Below, in pieces: positions 49,501-58,058 of a stretch of 59,582 nucleotides of DNA. The notes under the pieces were generated by a model. It was not told the DNA's origin, searched no databases, and saw nothing but the letters and a program-made list of their open reading frames with translations. The position numbers and the translations under genes were made by a program. Source of the DNA: a virus. Lineage: Duplodnaviria; Caudoviricetes. The stretch lies in IMG/VR virus record IMGVR_UViG_3300025082_000008, positions 1 to 59,582 of that record; one strand, written 5' to 3'. Positions within the stretch are counted from its first letter, which is position 1. Every line of letters begins with the position of its first letter.

Positions 49501-49985
49501 CCGCAGGTTTCACGAGAGGCGCGCTATCAACAGTTGAGATGGCAAGTGTAAGACTTAATAGAACAAACTTAGACGATCTATACGATGCAGATATTAACCC
49601 TATCACAGCATTCCCCGGAACAGGTGTAACAGTCTGGGGACAGAAGACACTTTTAGCTGCCTCATCAGCCCTGGATAGGGTTAACGTAAGACGGCTTCTC
49701 ATAAGTGTTAGAAGAAAGGTTCGCAATATTGCAAATACACTGCTGTTTGAACCTAACAGGGTTGAGACGTTAGAGAAGTTCAGCGCTCTTGTGAATCCAG
49801 TTCTTCAGCAGGTTCAGGAGCAGAGTGGTGTTGACAGGTTTAAGGTCGTGATCGATACGACAACAACAACACAAGCTGATGTTGAGAATAATACGATTAG
49901 AGGAAAGATCTTCTTGCAGCCCACTCGAGCTGTTGAATTCATTGCACTTGACTTTGTTGTCACAAATGCAGGTTCAGAAATTTAA
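46599..49985 (+). CDS. Tail sheath protein 2
   Basis: SAGVSTREIDLS, PWFAPAGFTRG, WGQKTL, SALDRVNVRRLL, PTRAVEFI. Confidence 0.93.
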   Translation: MAELTFKSAGVSTREIDLSGPRKVGPVGVPAGVIGTALEGPAYVPIKVATFDEFSNTFGATDGEKFGPIAVHEWLRNAQSLVYIRVLGAGDGKKKSSTTGNVTNAGFVVGDQLVQENGMLGDNPWANTATNLGIKGRTYFLGCFMSESNGSTIFSDAGIQGASLAAGAKASCSIQFSGWPTTDDELVITDAAGLSRTYTAKESISLADNEYDRDGGSAGSTAASLILCIEHASGHAGSITAVIDGDAGGLTLTQAVGGAAGNTACDASSVDNTTVTGVSPTTANTFTGGINGDHAVPILRGVLLAPSGVILHLSGGTTAVTTKPGDTDTARANELTVHGQKGAMTGAVHLASQEFTMLMNGYAGTTSNLTHVTASFDMTSPSYFPNVFNTDPYQIEARGHFLCASYDVYPDLAAVTGSSAVTEGVYTVGSDSSSQEDIAFLLTSSIARGTVDSTVPMYESFEDRFTHAESPYVISQAYGGSAYDLFKVHALSDGAGISTKFKISIENLNKSTSDTDLFGTFDLLVRRFSDTDDERVVLESFRGLSLDASSDRYIARSIGDQNAFYNFDNDLESQKIVVDGSHPVRSRYIRVQMSNAMKKSEVPDGALPLGFRGPKHLVTSGSLLAGEPDARCYIATDLHKRVREVPIPYRESISQGTGLQKRDDSRLYWGVQSTRKTSATEPNTVGLFDQSLFSFAKHLPNHRDDSTKFWVGDNNGVSNVAGSVLDCDLFNNNKFTLENVKVRTGSDGVADAEYWLSASYVRVGSISADDANKLRAFKVDDLDKVSNRKFAKFTFILQGGFDGTNIFDKDKRELSNAAAKREIDDENQGETAGPTVSAYRKAIDVMSSKTDVELQLLAIPGMRHTSITDYAINATEQRFDAMYIMDIEERDQYNSVITASGGDQMPHVSNTVTAFKNRSLDSSFGAAYFPDVIVTDPTTRALVQVPPTAAVLGAYSVNDRLGHPWFAPAGFTRGALSTVEMASVRLNRTNLDDLYDADINPITAFPGTGVTVWGQKTLLAASSALDRVNVRRLLISVRRKVRNIANTLLFEPNRVETLEKFSALVNPVLQQVQEQSGVDRFKVVIDTTTTTQADVENNTIRGKIFLQPTRAVEFIALDFVVTNAGSEI

Positions 49986-50021
49986 ACGAGATATATATAT
50001 TTAGGATTAGGAGAATAACAA

Positions 50022-50510
50022 ATGGCAGAAACACTTTCAGTCACTGACATGCTACCAAATAAATTTGAGCCGAAAAGAAGTTATCGATGGGTACTTGCCA
50101 TTGAAGGCGTCGACTCATTTTTGGTAACCACAGCTAATAGACCTTCGGTTTCGATAACTGAAAAGAAGATAGACTACATCAATAGCTATCGTAGGGTTGC
50201 TGGAAAGCTTGAATTTGGGGATCTATCTGTGAAGCTGCATGATCCAATTGCACCATCAGGTGCACAACAGATCATGGAATGGATAAGAACACATTATGAG
50301 TCTGTTTCAGGAAGAGCGGGCTATGCGGATTTCTACAAGCGCGACGTTCAATTAAAGATGCTTGATCCGATTGGAACTGTTATTGAGCTCTGGGACATCA
50401 AAGGTGCATTCATCACGTCTGCAAACTTCCAGACACTTGACTACAGCGGAGACGAGGTCATGTACATTGATCTAACACTCAAGATGGATAACTGCGTCTT
50501 GCAATTCTAA
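50022..50510 (+). CDS. Tail tube protein (gp19-like)
   Basis: 162 aa after the sheaths; FEPKRSYRW, AGKLEF, YKRDVQLKMLDP...WDIKGAF. Confidence 0.85.
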   Translation: MAETLSVTDMLPNKFEPKRSYRWVLAIEGVDSFLVTTANRPSVSITEKKIDYINSYRRVAGKLEFGDLSVKLHDPIAPSGAQQIMEWIRTHYESVSGRAGYADFYKRDVQLKMLDPIGTVIELWDIKGAFITSANFQTLDYSGDEVMYIDLTLKMDNCVLQF

Positions 50511-50533
50511 AATTAGATTTAACTCTAATAATT

Positions 50534-50566
50534 GCGCCTGTATAATATATGCGGGCGTTTTTATTT
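50534..50566 (+). terminator. Possible terminator hairpin after the tube gene, overlapping a TATAAT box
   Basis: GCGCCTGTATA-ATA-TATGCGGGCGT with several G-U pairs, followed by TTTTATTT. Confidence 0.5.
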
Positions 50567-50578
50567 GGAGGAGAATGC

Positions 50579-51403
50579 ATGGCTAGAAAAGTAAGTGATG
50601 TTCATCACGAAGCGATGAAACAGAATGTAATGAAAGAAGATTTTGGATGGGAAATTCCCGTCGAATCTGTTCCTTTACCGTCAAGAGGGATACTGTACTC
50701 TCCAGATTCAACGTTATATAATAGAGAGACTATTCCTATCAGAGCTATGACAGCTCATGAAGAGGATATACTGACAAGTCAGGCCCTCATAAAAGAAGGC
50801 ACCGTGATTAATCGGTTGATCAAATCATGTGTGACTGATAAGTCATTTGAAATTGACGATATGACCATCGGAGACAGAAATGCGCTGATGGTGTCAGTTA
50901 GAATAACCGGGTACGGACCTGATTATAACCTGGTCACTACTTGTGCGAGCTGTAGTCATGTTAACAACATTACAGCAAACTTAGCAGACCTTGGAATAAA
51001 GCGGCTGACGATTAAACCTGTAGCGGAAGGAAAGAATGAGTTCGAGTACACTCTGCCCGTGACAAAGAAGAAAGTCACATTTAAGTTCCTCACTTTAAAA
51101 GATGAGCTAGATAGGACAGCCGCAAACAAGAATGAGCAAGCAGCGTTCGGAGTAAAGTTAGAGAGGAACGTAACAAGCTATTTAAAGTACACACTCGTCT
51201 CAGTTGGCGGCGTGACAGACAAGAATAAACTACATCACTTTGTCACGTACATGCCGGCCTTTGATTCAAAGGCCTTAAGAAAGTTCATAAATGATAATGA
51301 ACCAGGTGTAGATATGGGAACAAGCTATGACTGTGAGAAATGCTCACATCATAACGAATTCAACCTCCCAGTAACGTCAGAATTTTTTTGGCCCAGTACA
51401 TAA
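50579..51403 (+). CDS. Tail/baseplate assembly chaperone (T4 gp26-like)
   Basis: VPLPSRG, MTAHEEDIL, GDRNALMVSVRITGYG, CASC and CEKC, ends FFWPST; SD GGAGGAG favours ATG 50579. Confidence 0.78.
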   Translation: MARKVSDVHHEAMKQNVMKEDFGWEIPVESVPLPSRGILYSPDSTLYNRETIPIRAMTAHEEDILTSQALIKEGTVINRLIKSCVTDKSFEIDDMTIGDRNALMVSVRITGYGPDYNLVTTCASCSHVNNITANLADLGIKRLTIKPVAEGKNEFEYTLPVTKKKVTFKFLTLKDELDRTAANKNEQAAFGVKLERNVTSYLKYTLVSVGGVTDKNKLHHFVTYMPAFDSKALRKFINDNEPGVDMGTSYDCEKCSHHNEFNLPVTSEFFWPST

Positions 51404-51629
51404 CTGGAGAGAAGGCTTCCTAGAGGAGGCCTTTCAGCTTCAGATGCACCTCGGCATGAATTACACAGAGGTGCGAAATTTACCGATCCGCTATAGAAGG
51501 TGGTTCATAGATAGACTGTTGAAGTATTTTCAGGACAAGAACAATAAGCATAAAAACAGGCAGGAAAAGTCGTCTGAAGGCATCCAGTCATTGTCAAATT
51601 ATGAGGAAATGCTGAACAAGAAATTCTAG
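51384..51629 (+). CDS. Probable frameshift extension of the tail chaperone
   Basis: The frame of ORF 51444..51629 is open from 51375 through the T7 run at 51383-89. Confidence 0.65.
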   Translation, partial: FFGPVHNWREGFLEEAFQLQMHLGMNYTEVRNLPIRYRRWFIDRLLKYFQDKNNKHKNRQEKSSEGIQSLSNYEEMLNKKF

Positions 51630-51674
51630 TGATGCATAAGTATAGATACGTGGAGTAATTTATGAGGTTGTGTA

Positions 51675-54053
51675 ATGCCTGAACCTGTACAAATTGACTG
51701 GACGGGTTTCCCGATGGATCAGTTTGCTGCCGCGCTTGTACAAGCGCAGCAAAGCGGTGCCTCTCCGCCACCGGCTAGCCCGCTCCCTGCACCACCACCT
51801 GGTCAAGGTGGTAGTCCTGTGTCAACTGCTCCGTCGAATGTGTCAGCAGGCGGAGGCGGAGGAAGCTCACTAGACCCGACCGAACAGAAGTCAACGACGA
51901 ACTTTGTTGCAGCTGCAGCTACGTTCGCTGAGGGTCAGGCAGTATTCGCAAGGGACACATTCGACAACTCGATGGCGATAATCGATTCAATCGAAAATAG
52001 TGGTGTGATTGCTTCTTACACACAGATTCAAGATCGCATGGGTTTCTCTGTAGATGCATACGGAAAGCTAAATGAGATCCACAATGAGTTCACGCGATCT
52101 GAGGTTGAAAATTATCAGAAGATGCAACAGCAATACTCTGTGGAAGGTAGCTTGTTATCAAACTTCTATGAATCTGACACTGAGATGCTTAACGACTATG
52201 GGGACTTGCTGTCAAAAATGAATGACCTGAATCATCGTGCGCTAGACTCGTTCGACACAGAAGAGCGCCAGAGAGCGTTAATATTCCAAAAGAACATGGG
52301 TCTGGTCGAGACCGATATTATGGAGCTGATGAACAGGTCATACGCTTTCACAGGTGAGACATCTACAGAGGTTCTTAATAATATAGCAGCGCATGCCAAG
52401 GAGATGTCTGAGCTGACCGGTATAGGCTTCAAGGATCTCTCCCAAGAGATGGCAGGCATACTCACAGACACAGACTTCTTTGGAAAGAAGACAGAAGCAT
52501 TCGCAGCTAGGCTTGGTGCAACATACAGACAGCTGGGAATAGACCTCCAAACAGCAAAGGGCGTCATAGATAAGTTTAGAAGCTTCGACGATGCCGCGAA
52601 GAACATGGGTGATCTCTCTGCTATGTTCGGCATCCAGATGGATGCTATGGAGATGATGTACCTCGCGAACGAGGATGAGGAGGAATTCCTCCATCAGCTG
52701 CGCGGCCAGATGCTAGATCAGGGTATCGATGTCGAGAACATGTCGAACACAAGAATGAGGGCTCTGCAAGATCAATTAGGAATGAGTCGCACACAGCTTG
52801 AGACATTCTTCAGAGACGGAGAGATGGTCGCAGACCAAGCTGACATGGAAGAGGCCTCAAACGCGGCAGCACAGATGGGAATCGAGGAGACAAATACTCT
52901 CGTCGAGAAGCAGGCGCTGGCTGTGAGAAGAAATGCGGAAGAGTGGGGAGCGCTGAACAAACATCACCAAACTTTCAAGAATCTTGACGTTGTCGACGGC
53001 TACGCGGAACTCACTGCTGAAGCTAGTGAGATGTCAGTGCAGATGAACACGTTAAGAGCAGATATTCCTGTCATTACAGATGGTATCATGAGTATCCAAG
53101 ATGCACTTGGCGCTGTATTTTCGCAAACCGGTGAGTACATTGAAGAGGGTGACGGTTTCCTGTTAGACATGCTTGACCCTTCGAAAATTGAGCCGGTCAT
53201 GGGACCTTATCTAGAAAAGATAGAAGGTTCAGCCAAAGAGGGTTGGACCAGGATGACAACAGACGCAGAAGGAGTGTTTGGTGCGGACTCCCTGCCACCA
53301 TGGCTAGAATCTCTTGGTACTGGCCTAGACTGGGTTGCGAATAGTTCAGAGTCACCAGTTCAGAGAATGTCAGCTATAGGTGAGACGATGGCAATAAACC
53401 TCACTGAAGGCTTCAGCTCTACGATCGAGACAGAATTCACTATGTTAATGGAATCAATTCCTGAGATGCTGACAGAGCTCTCTGAGGGTGAGGCTTTCAC
53501 GATTCCCGTCGCTATTGATGTAGCCGCATCAAATGCTGGTGAGGCAGCACCTTTCAATCCGGCTGATCTTCTTAAAGTTGACCCGTCAGCAGCTATAGAT
53601 AAGATACCTGAGAACGTGAGAATAGGATTGGAGTCGATGGAATTCCCAGGTATGAATCTTGAGTCTCTAGACTTAGAGGCTGCGTTGTCAGCTGGGATGT
53701 CAGAATCTGTCGAACAAATATCAACAGCAATTTCTGAGATACCTGGCAGCATTCAGTCAGCAATAGAGACACTTAATGTAGAGAGCCAGAACACAGAAAA
53801 GGTAAATACTGCGTCAATGATAGCTGAGAATATGGAATTCAATAATAGCAAGTCATTTATGCAGCTAGCTGAAGCCCTGAAAACAATGAGCACTGACAAT
53901 AAACTTCTCTTGACAAAAGTGGTCACAGCATTAACAGATAACAGAACAATAGACGTTGACATCTTGTTAGACTCAAATAGTATAGGCAAGGCAATGAAGT
54001 CCTATGAGCCGCAGGGTAGCGGGTCAAGATTTGCAATTCAGGTGGGTGACTAG
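51675..54053 (+). CDS. Putative tape measure protein
   Basis: 792 aa, helical Ala/Met/Glu-rich, after tube and chaperone; C-terminal IDVDILLDSNSIGKAM. Confidence 0.7.
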   Translation: MPEPVQIDWTGFPMDQFAAALVQAQQSGASPPPASPLPAPPPGQGGSPVSTAPSNVSAGGGGGSSLDPTEQKSTTNFVAAAATFAEGQAVFARDTFDNSMAIIDSIENSGVIASYTQIQDRMGFSVDAYGKLNEIHNEFTRSEVENYQKMQQQYSVEGSLLSNFYESDTEMLNDYGDLLSKMNDLNHRALDSFDTEERQRALIFQKNMGLVETDIMELMNRSYAFTGETSTEVLNNIAAHAKEMSELTGIGFKDLSQEMAGILTDTDFFGKKTEAFAARLGATYRQLGIDLQTAKGVIDKFRSFDDAAKNMGDLSAMFGIQMDAMEMMYLANEDEEEFLHQLRGQMLDQGIDVENMSNTRMRALQDQLGMSRTQLETFFRDGEMVADQADMEEASNAAAQMGIEETNTLVEKQALAVRRNAEEWGALNKHHQTFKNLDVVDGYAELTAEASEMSVQMNTLRADIPVITDGIMSIQDALGAVFSQTGEYIEEGDGFLLDMLDPSKIEPVMGPYLEKIEGSAKEGWTRMTTDAEGVFGADSLPPWLESLGTGLDWVANSSESPVQRMSAIGETMAINLTEGFSSTIETEFTMLMESIPEMLTELSEGEAFTIPVAIDVAASNAGEAAPFNPADLLKVDPSAAIDKIPENVRIGLESMEFPGMNLESLDLEAALSAGMSESVEQISTAISEIPGSIQSAIETLNVESQNTEKVNTASMIAENMEFNNSKSFMQLAEALKTMSTDNKLLLTKVVTALTDNRTIDVDILLDSNSIGKAMKSYEPQGSGSRFAIQVGD

Positions 54054-54055
54054 AG

Positions 54056-54304
54056 ATGTCAGAGCTAGACAACATTAAAGACATGTTAAATGACTATAGA
54101 AATAGTGTTAAGCAAGACTTTACTAATGATGAGTTAACTGAGATAGATAATTACATGTCAAAGATCTTGGATGACATCACACCAATTGTTACGTTAATAG
54201 AGGCGATAGGCTCAAATGAAGAGTCACTGTGTGATATGAAACTGTACTTAGATAATGTTATACGCGAGGAAAAATGGCTAGAGAAACTCTTAAAGACTTC
54301 CTGA
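54056..54304 (+). CDS. Small acidic hypothetical protein
   Basis: 82 aa; starts 2 nt after the upstream stop and overlaps the next gene. Confidence 0.55.
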   Translation: MSELDNIKDMLNDYRNSVKQDFTNDELTEIDNYMSKILDDITPIVTLIEAIGSNEESLCDMKLYLDNVIREEKWLEKLLKTS

Positions 54305-57300
54305 GCTCAATAGGCATTGCTGCAGACAGTATCACGTATACTCTCAAGGAAGGCGGCGGCCCTGACGGATTAGGTATTGATCCAAACACAAACATGGAGC
54401 TTCTCGATCTCATCAATGAGACACAGGGGCTGTTAGGTGATTACTTGAATCACATCGTCGGAAATAGTACAAATGCATATAAGATACTACCTGGAAATGA
54501 GCAGGCCTCGCCTACAAGGAGAGGTGACTCGCTCACGCTAGCAGAGGAACAGGGCGCAGAGGATGTGTTTGTTGAGCAAGGAACAGAGCTCGCAGCTAAG
54601 CTGAATGAGTATAGCAATAGTAGAAAATTTAATGAGTCAGGTACTCCTCTATCAGATCTGATCGATAAGACAGGAAACACTAGCAATTTTCATGAAAATT
54701 TAAGTGATATACAAGGAAGAACAGCAAATAAGACAGGAGAAACGTTGATCAATCCCAGCGGAGAAGTTAACGACATAGTTCAAGCGACACAGAACATGTT
54801 TCTGAATAATAATAGGTTCGCAAATGTGGGTAATAAGGATAGAGATGCCTTCACTGTGAAACCACAGAATATCAAGGAGTTCGAGGACTTTGCTAATAAT
54901 AGGGGAACGCTGAATCCCCAGATTAATTTTGGGTTATACGATAAAAGCTACTACAAGACATCGTTCAGTAAACTACGAAGCATAGGCGCATCTCTTCTTC
55001 TCAAGTCAACAGGATTCGTTAACACAGCTGCTCCTGGGGATGACACAACAGCAGAGCTTATAGTCTCCGGGCAGGAAACTGGAGTAGCAGACGGATCAAT
55101 AACTTCAGTGAACGTAAGTGACACAGGCTATGTCCAGAAGGATGTGTCGTTGTTACGAGCAAAGAATGCGTCAGGATTCCCAGCTGATGCCACAGGCGAG
55201 TCAATTCGAGCCGGCACCGGCGAGTTCTTGTCGCACGACCCAGATGCTGTTAACGCTAAGAGTTTTGGAGCAACGTATAACAGTGTCATGACATTTTCTA
55301 GCCAGAATAGAAAAGTTCATAAGATCCAAGCTGCGTTGAGTGTGATAACGTTAAAGGCAGTTGCCAAGTCGTTCTTTGACACATTTAAAGAGTATCTTAA
55401 GACAGAGGATGCAAAAGCATTAGAGGCTTCAACTGATGACTTCTTACAGAGGCATGATAGGACATATGTGGGTCTCCACGTGTTAGGTCAGTCGAGAAAG
55501 CTTTCATCATTATTACTTGATGCAAATATATTCGCGAACGTGCTGACACCGACTTCATATCCGTATAGTAACTGTGTTGACAGGGGTATTGAGATAATGT
55601 TCAGCACTGAGGATTCTCCTGAGAAAGTGTCAGATCATCAATCATTCGCACAGTCACCTGGGTTCTGGATGGCTGTGTCGAACTCTGTGCTAAAGACATA
55701 TGACAATATTGTAAATAGGGTAAATCAGATAGATACAGCATCATTTTCAGGAAAAGAGATTCTTATTATCATAAAGGACATTATTGATGAGAATAACTTT
55801 ATGAGATTCCTTAATGTTATGGCTGTCATTGGAGACGTGAGTCTGCAGAGTACAAACTCAGTTGTCGGCGAGACAGATCCGAGTAAAGTCACACATCACC
55901 GAGATGTTGACTCTTTAGCGGATAAGCCTGGTAATAGGGTTGGAAAGAGCAGAAAAGCTGTGCCAAAAGGAGAGCACTCATTCATTGACATAAAAGCAAG
56001 TATAAGCGGTGAAGAGACGCTAGCGTGGGAGCAAAGTGCCACACCCTCTCTGTACTTGCTTCCTGTTAATATGATAAGGGCTGCAAACTTGCTTAACAAC
56101 TCCGTCCGCGGCGCGTCACCGATGAGAGGCATGTTAGGTAGTAGGATGGCTAGAAATACCTACTTCTCTCTTGACGTTGACGGGACGTTCAATAGAATAC
56201 CGAATAGGGTTGTCAAGATAATGGAAAATAAGTTAGAGGCAGAGTACGTTCCGTTTTACATGCATGATCTAAGAACAAATGAGATACTTTCATTCCACGC
56301 ATTCTTGACTGGGCTGTCTGACAGTATAAACCCTTCATACAACTCAGTCTCCGGATACGGCAGGCTAGATCCAGTACAGATCTACCAGAGCACAACTAGA
56401 CAACTACAGGTCGGATTTACTGTCTACGCGACAAATAGAGAAGATTTTGATGAGATGTGGTTCAAGATCAATAAATTCATGACACTTCTGTATCCGCAGT
56501 GGACACAAGGAACTATGGTTGACAACGGTGCTGGTAATTTTTATCAACCATTCAGTCAAGTTATAGGTCCGTCACCGATAGTCAGGTTGAGAGTGGGTGA
56601 TGTCATCAAGTCAAATTACTCCAGATTCGCTCTTGCAAGAGTGTTTGGAATAGGTGATAAAGAGGTTGTAGCCAGGCCTGCTGACAACTCATCATTTTTC
56701 AGCTTTCTAACGAATAGTATCGATGGTGAAGTCCAGGGTGTCATGAATTTAATTCGTGATATCACAACACTTATCTGGGTCGCTATTTTTGGTAGCCCTA
56801 TTGGTCTAGTTGAGGCTGCAGCATCGTTAATACCGGAGAAACCTGGTCTTGCTGGAACTACTAAGCGTCTAGGCACAGATGCTGCTGTTAGTGGATTATC
56901 CTCAATTCTAACTAATGGATTCGCTAATCCCCTTATCGTTGGTAACGTTCTGAAAGATCTACGAGATCCTAACGTCTACTCTGGGGCCGGCCTAAGTAAG
57001 GCGATATTTCAAACGATAATAATCAAGCCAAATAATAATTCCGGTTACTGGTCGCCTGATGACAATAAGACATATTTCACTTCCACAAGAATGATAGGAA
57101 AAGTGATGGGTCAAGAAAAAGAGGGCAAAAAAGTTGTGTATAAGGTGCTTGTTTCAGATTCAGCATCAGTGATCAACGGAACGCATCTACACGTAGCCCA
57201 CGCTGACATCCTCGTAGACCCAGGCCCGCTTTTTTCAACATCAATTGCCGGTGCAGCTATGATGATCGGTGGCCTTGACTTTGCCGGTATGCTTGATTCA

Positions 57301-57762
57301 CTACTCGGTCCTGTAATTCAGCAGAAGGTACCAGCAGGTGCACAGGGCGCTGCTAATGCGGGATATAATCTCCTGAGAATGCTAATCGCGAACCCTGAGT
57401 CACACTTCATGGATCCTGCAAATAACCCGTTCACAAGGGCATTTGACACAACAAAGGGCCGCGGCCTAGCAGGCGTGATTTCAGGTGTTAGCATTGACTG
57501 GTTGAGCGATTTCCCGTGGGAGACAGATTTTAATGCGCGAGCACCTATTGGCGCCAATATATCATTCAGCTTTGACGTGATACATGATATCCCACCAGGC
57601 TTAGATCACAGTGGGTACAACAGAGCACCGCTTTATAATGTGGGAGAGATCATGCATAATATTGCAGGTGACCCATACGGTGACGACGGTGTCCTTGGCC
57701 AGGCAGCATTCACAGCCGGATCAACAATTAAAGTTCTTGGTGACAAGAAAGGTAAGAAATAA
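54274..57762 (+). CDS. Large baseplate protein with tube-initiator-like domain
   Basis: 1162 aa; FHAFLTGLSDSINPSY...GRLDPVQIYQSTTRQLQVGF...LLYP...PIVRLRVGD...PWE...ISFSFDVIHD. Confidence 0.65.
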   Translation: MARETLKDFLSSIGIAADSITYTLKEGGGPDGLGIDPNTNMELLDLINETQGLLGDYLNHIVGNSTNAYKILPGNEQASPTRRGDSLTLAEEQGAEDVFVEQGTELAAKLNEYSNSRKFNESGTPLSDLIDKTGNTSNFHENLSDIQGRTANKTGETLINPSGEVNDIVQATQNMFLNNNRFANVGNKDRDAFTVKPQNIKEFEDFANNRGTLNPQINFGLYDKSYYKTSFSKLRSIGASLLLKSTGFVNTAAPGDDTTAELIVSGQETGVADGSITSVNVSDTGYVQKDVSLLRAKNASGFPADATGESIRAGTGEFLSHDPDAVNAKSFGATYNSVMTFSSQNRKVHKIQAALSVITLKAVAKSFFDTFKEYLKTEDAKALEASTDDFLQRHDRTYVGLHVLGQSRKLSSLLLDANIFANVLTPTSYPYSNCVDRGIEIMFSTEDSPEKVSDHQSFAQSPGFWMAVSNSVLKTYDNIVNRVNQIDTASFSGKEILIIIKDIIDENNFMRFLNVMAVIGDVSLQSTNSVVGETDPSKVTHHRDVDSLADKPGNRVGKSRKAVPKGEHSFIDIKASISGEETLAWEQSATPSLYLLPVNMIRAANLLNNSVRGASPMRGMLGSRMARNTYFSLDVDGTFNRIPNRVVKIMENKLEAEYVPFYMHDLRTNEILSFHAFLTGLSDSINPSYNSVSGYGRLDPVQIYQSTTRQLQVGFTVYATNREDFDEMWFKINKFMTLLYPQWTQGTMVDNGAGNFYQPFSQVIGPSPIVRLRVGDVIKSNYSRFALARVFGIGDKEVVARPADNSSFFSFLTNSIDGEVQGVMNLIRDITTLIWVAIFGSPIGLVEAAASLIPEKPGLAGTTKRLGTDAAVSGLSSILTNGFANPLIVGNVLKDLRDPNVYSGAGLSKAIFQTIIIKPNNNSGYWSPDDNKTYFTSTRMIGKVMGQEKEGKKVVYKVLVSDSASVINGTHLHVAHADILVDPGPLFSTSIAGAAMMIGGLDFAGMLDSLLGPVIQQKVPAGAQGAANAGYNLLRMLIANPESHFMDPANNPFTRAFDTTKGRGLAGVISGVSIDWLSDFPWETDFNARAPIGANISFSFDVIHDIPPGLDHSGYNRAPLYNVGEIMHNIAGDPYGDDGVLGQAAFTAGSTIKVLGDKKGKK

Positions 57763-58058
57763 TGGCTTTATCAAGATACACATTTTCGAAAAGGACGCAC
57801 GGCGGCAAGGTGATAGAACCTAGTAAAGCAAGCTATAGGATATACCACGCAGTGCAGACTGGAACAATCCAAACATCATCTAGAATCTTAGAAGAGGGGG
57901 AACGCCTAGACCAGATAGCAGGGGTGGTATACGGTGACGGCACGTTATGGTGGGTCATAGCAGCTGCTAGTGGAATCGGTTGGACAATTCAAGTTCCTCC
58001 CGGAACACAATTAAGGATACCAATCGACCCTGGCCAGGCGTTCACACTGTTATCATGA
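57762..58058 (+). CDS. LysM-like baseplate wedge protein (gp53/tail X-like)
   Basis: EGERLDQIAGVVYGDGTLWWVIAAAS...VPPGTQLRIP. Confidence 0.82.
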   Translation: MALSRYTFSKRTHGGKVIEPSKASYRIYHAVQTGTIQTSSRILEEGERLDQIAGVVYGDGTLWWVIAAASGIGWTIQVPPGTQLRIPIDPGQAFTLLS

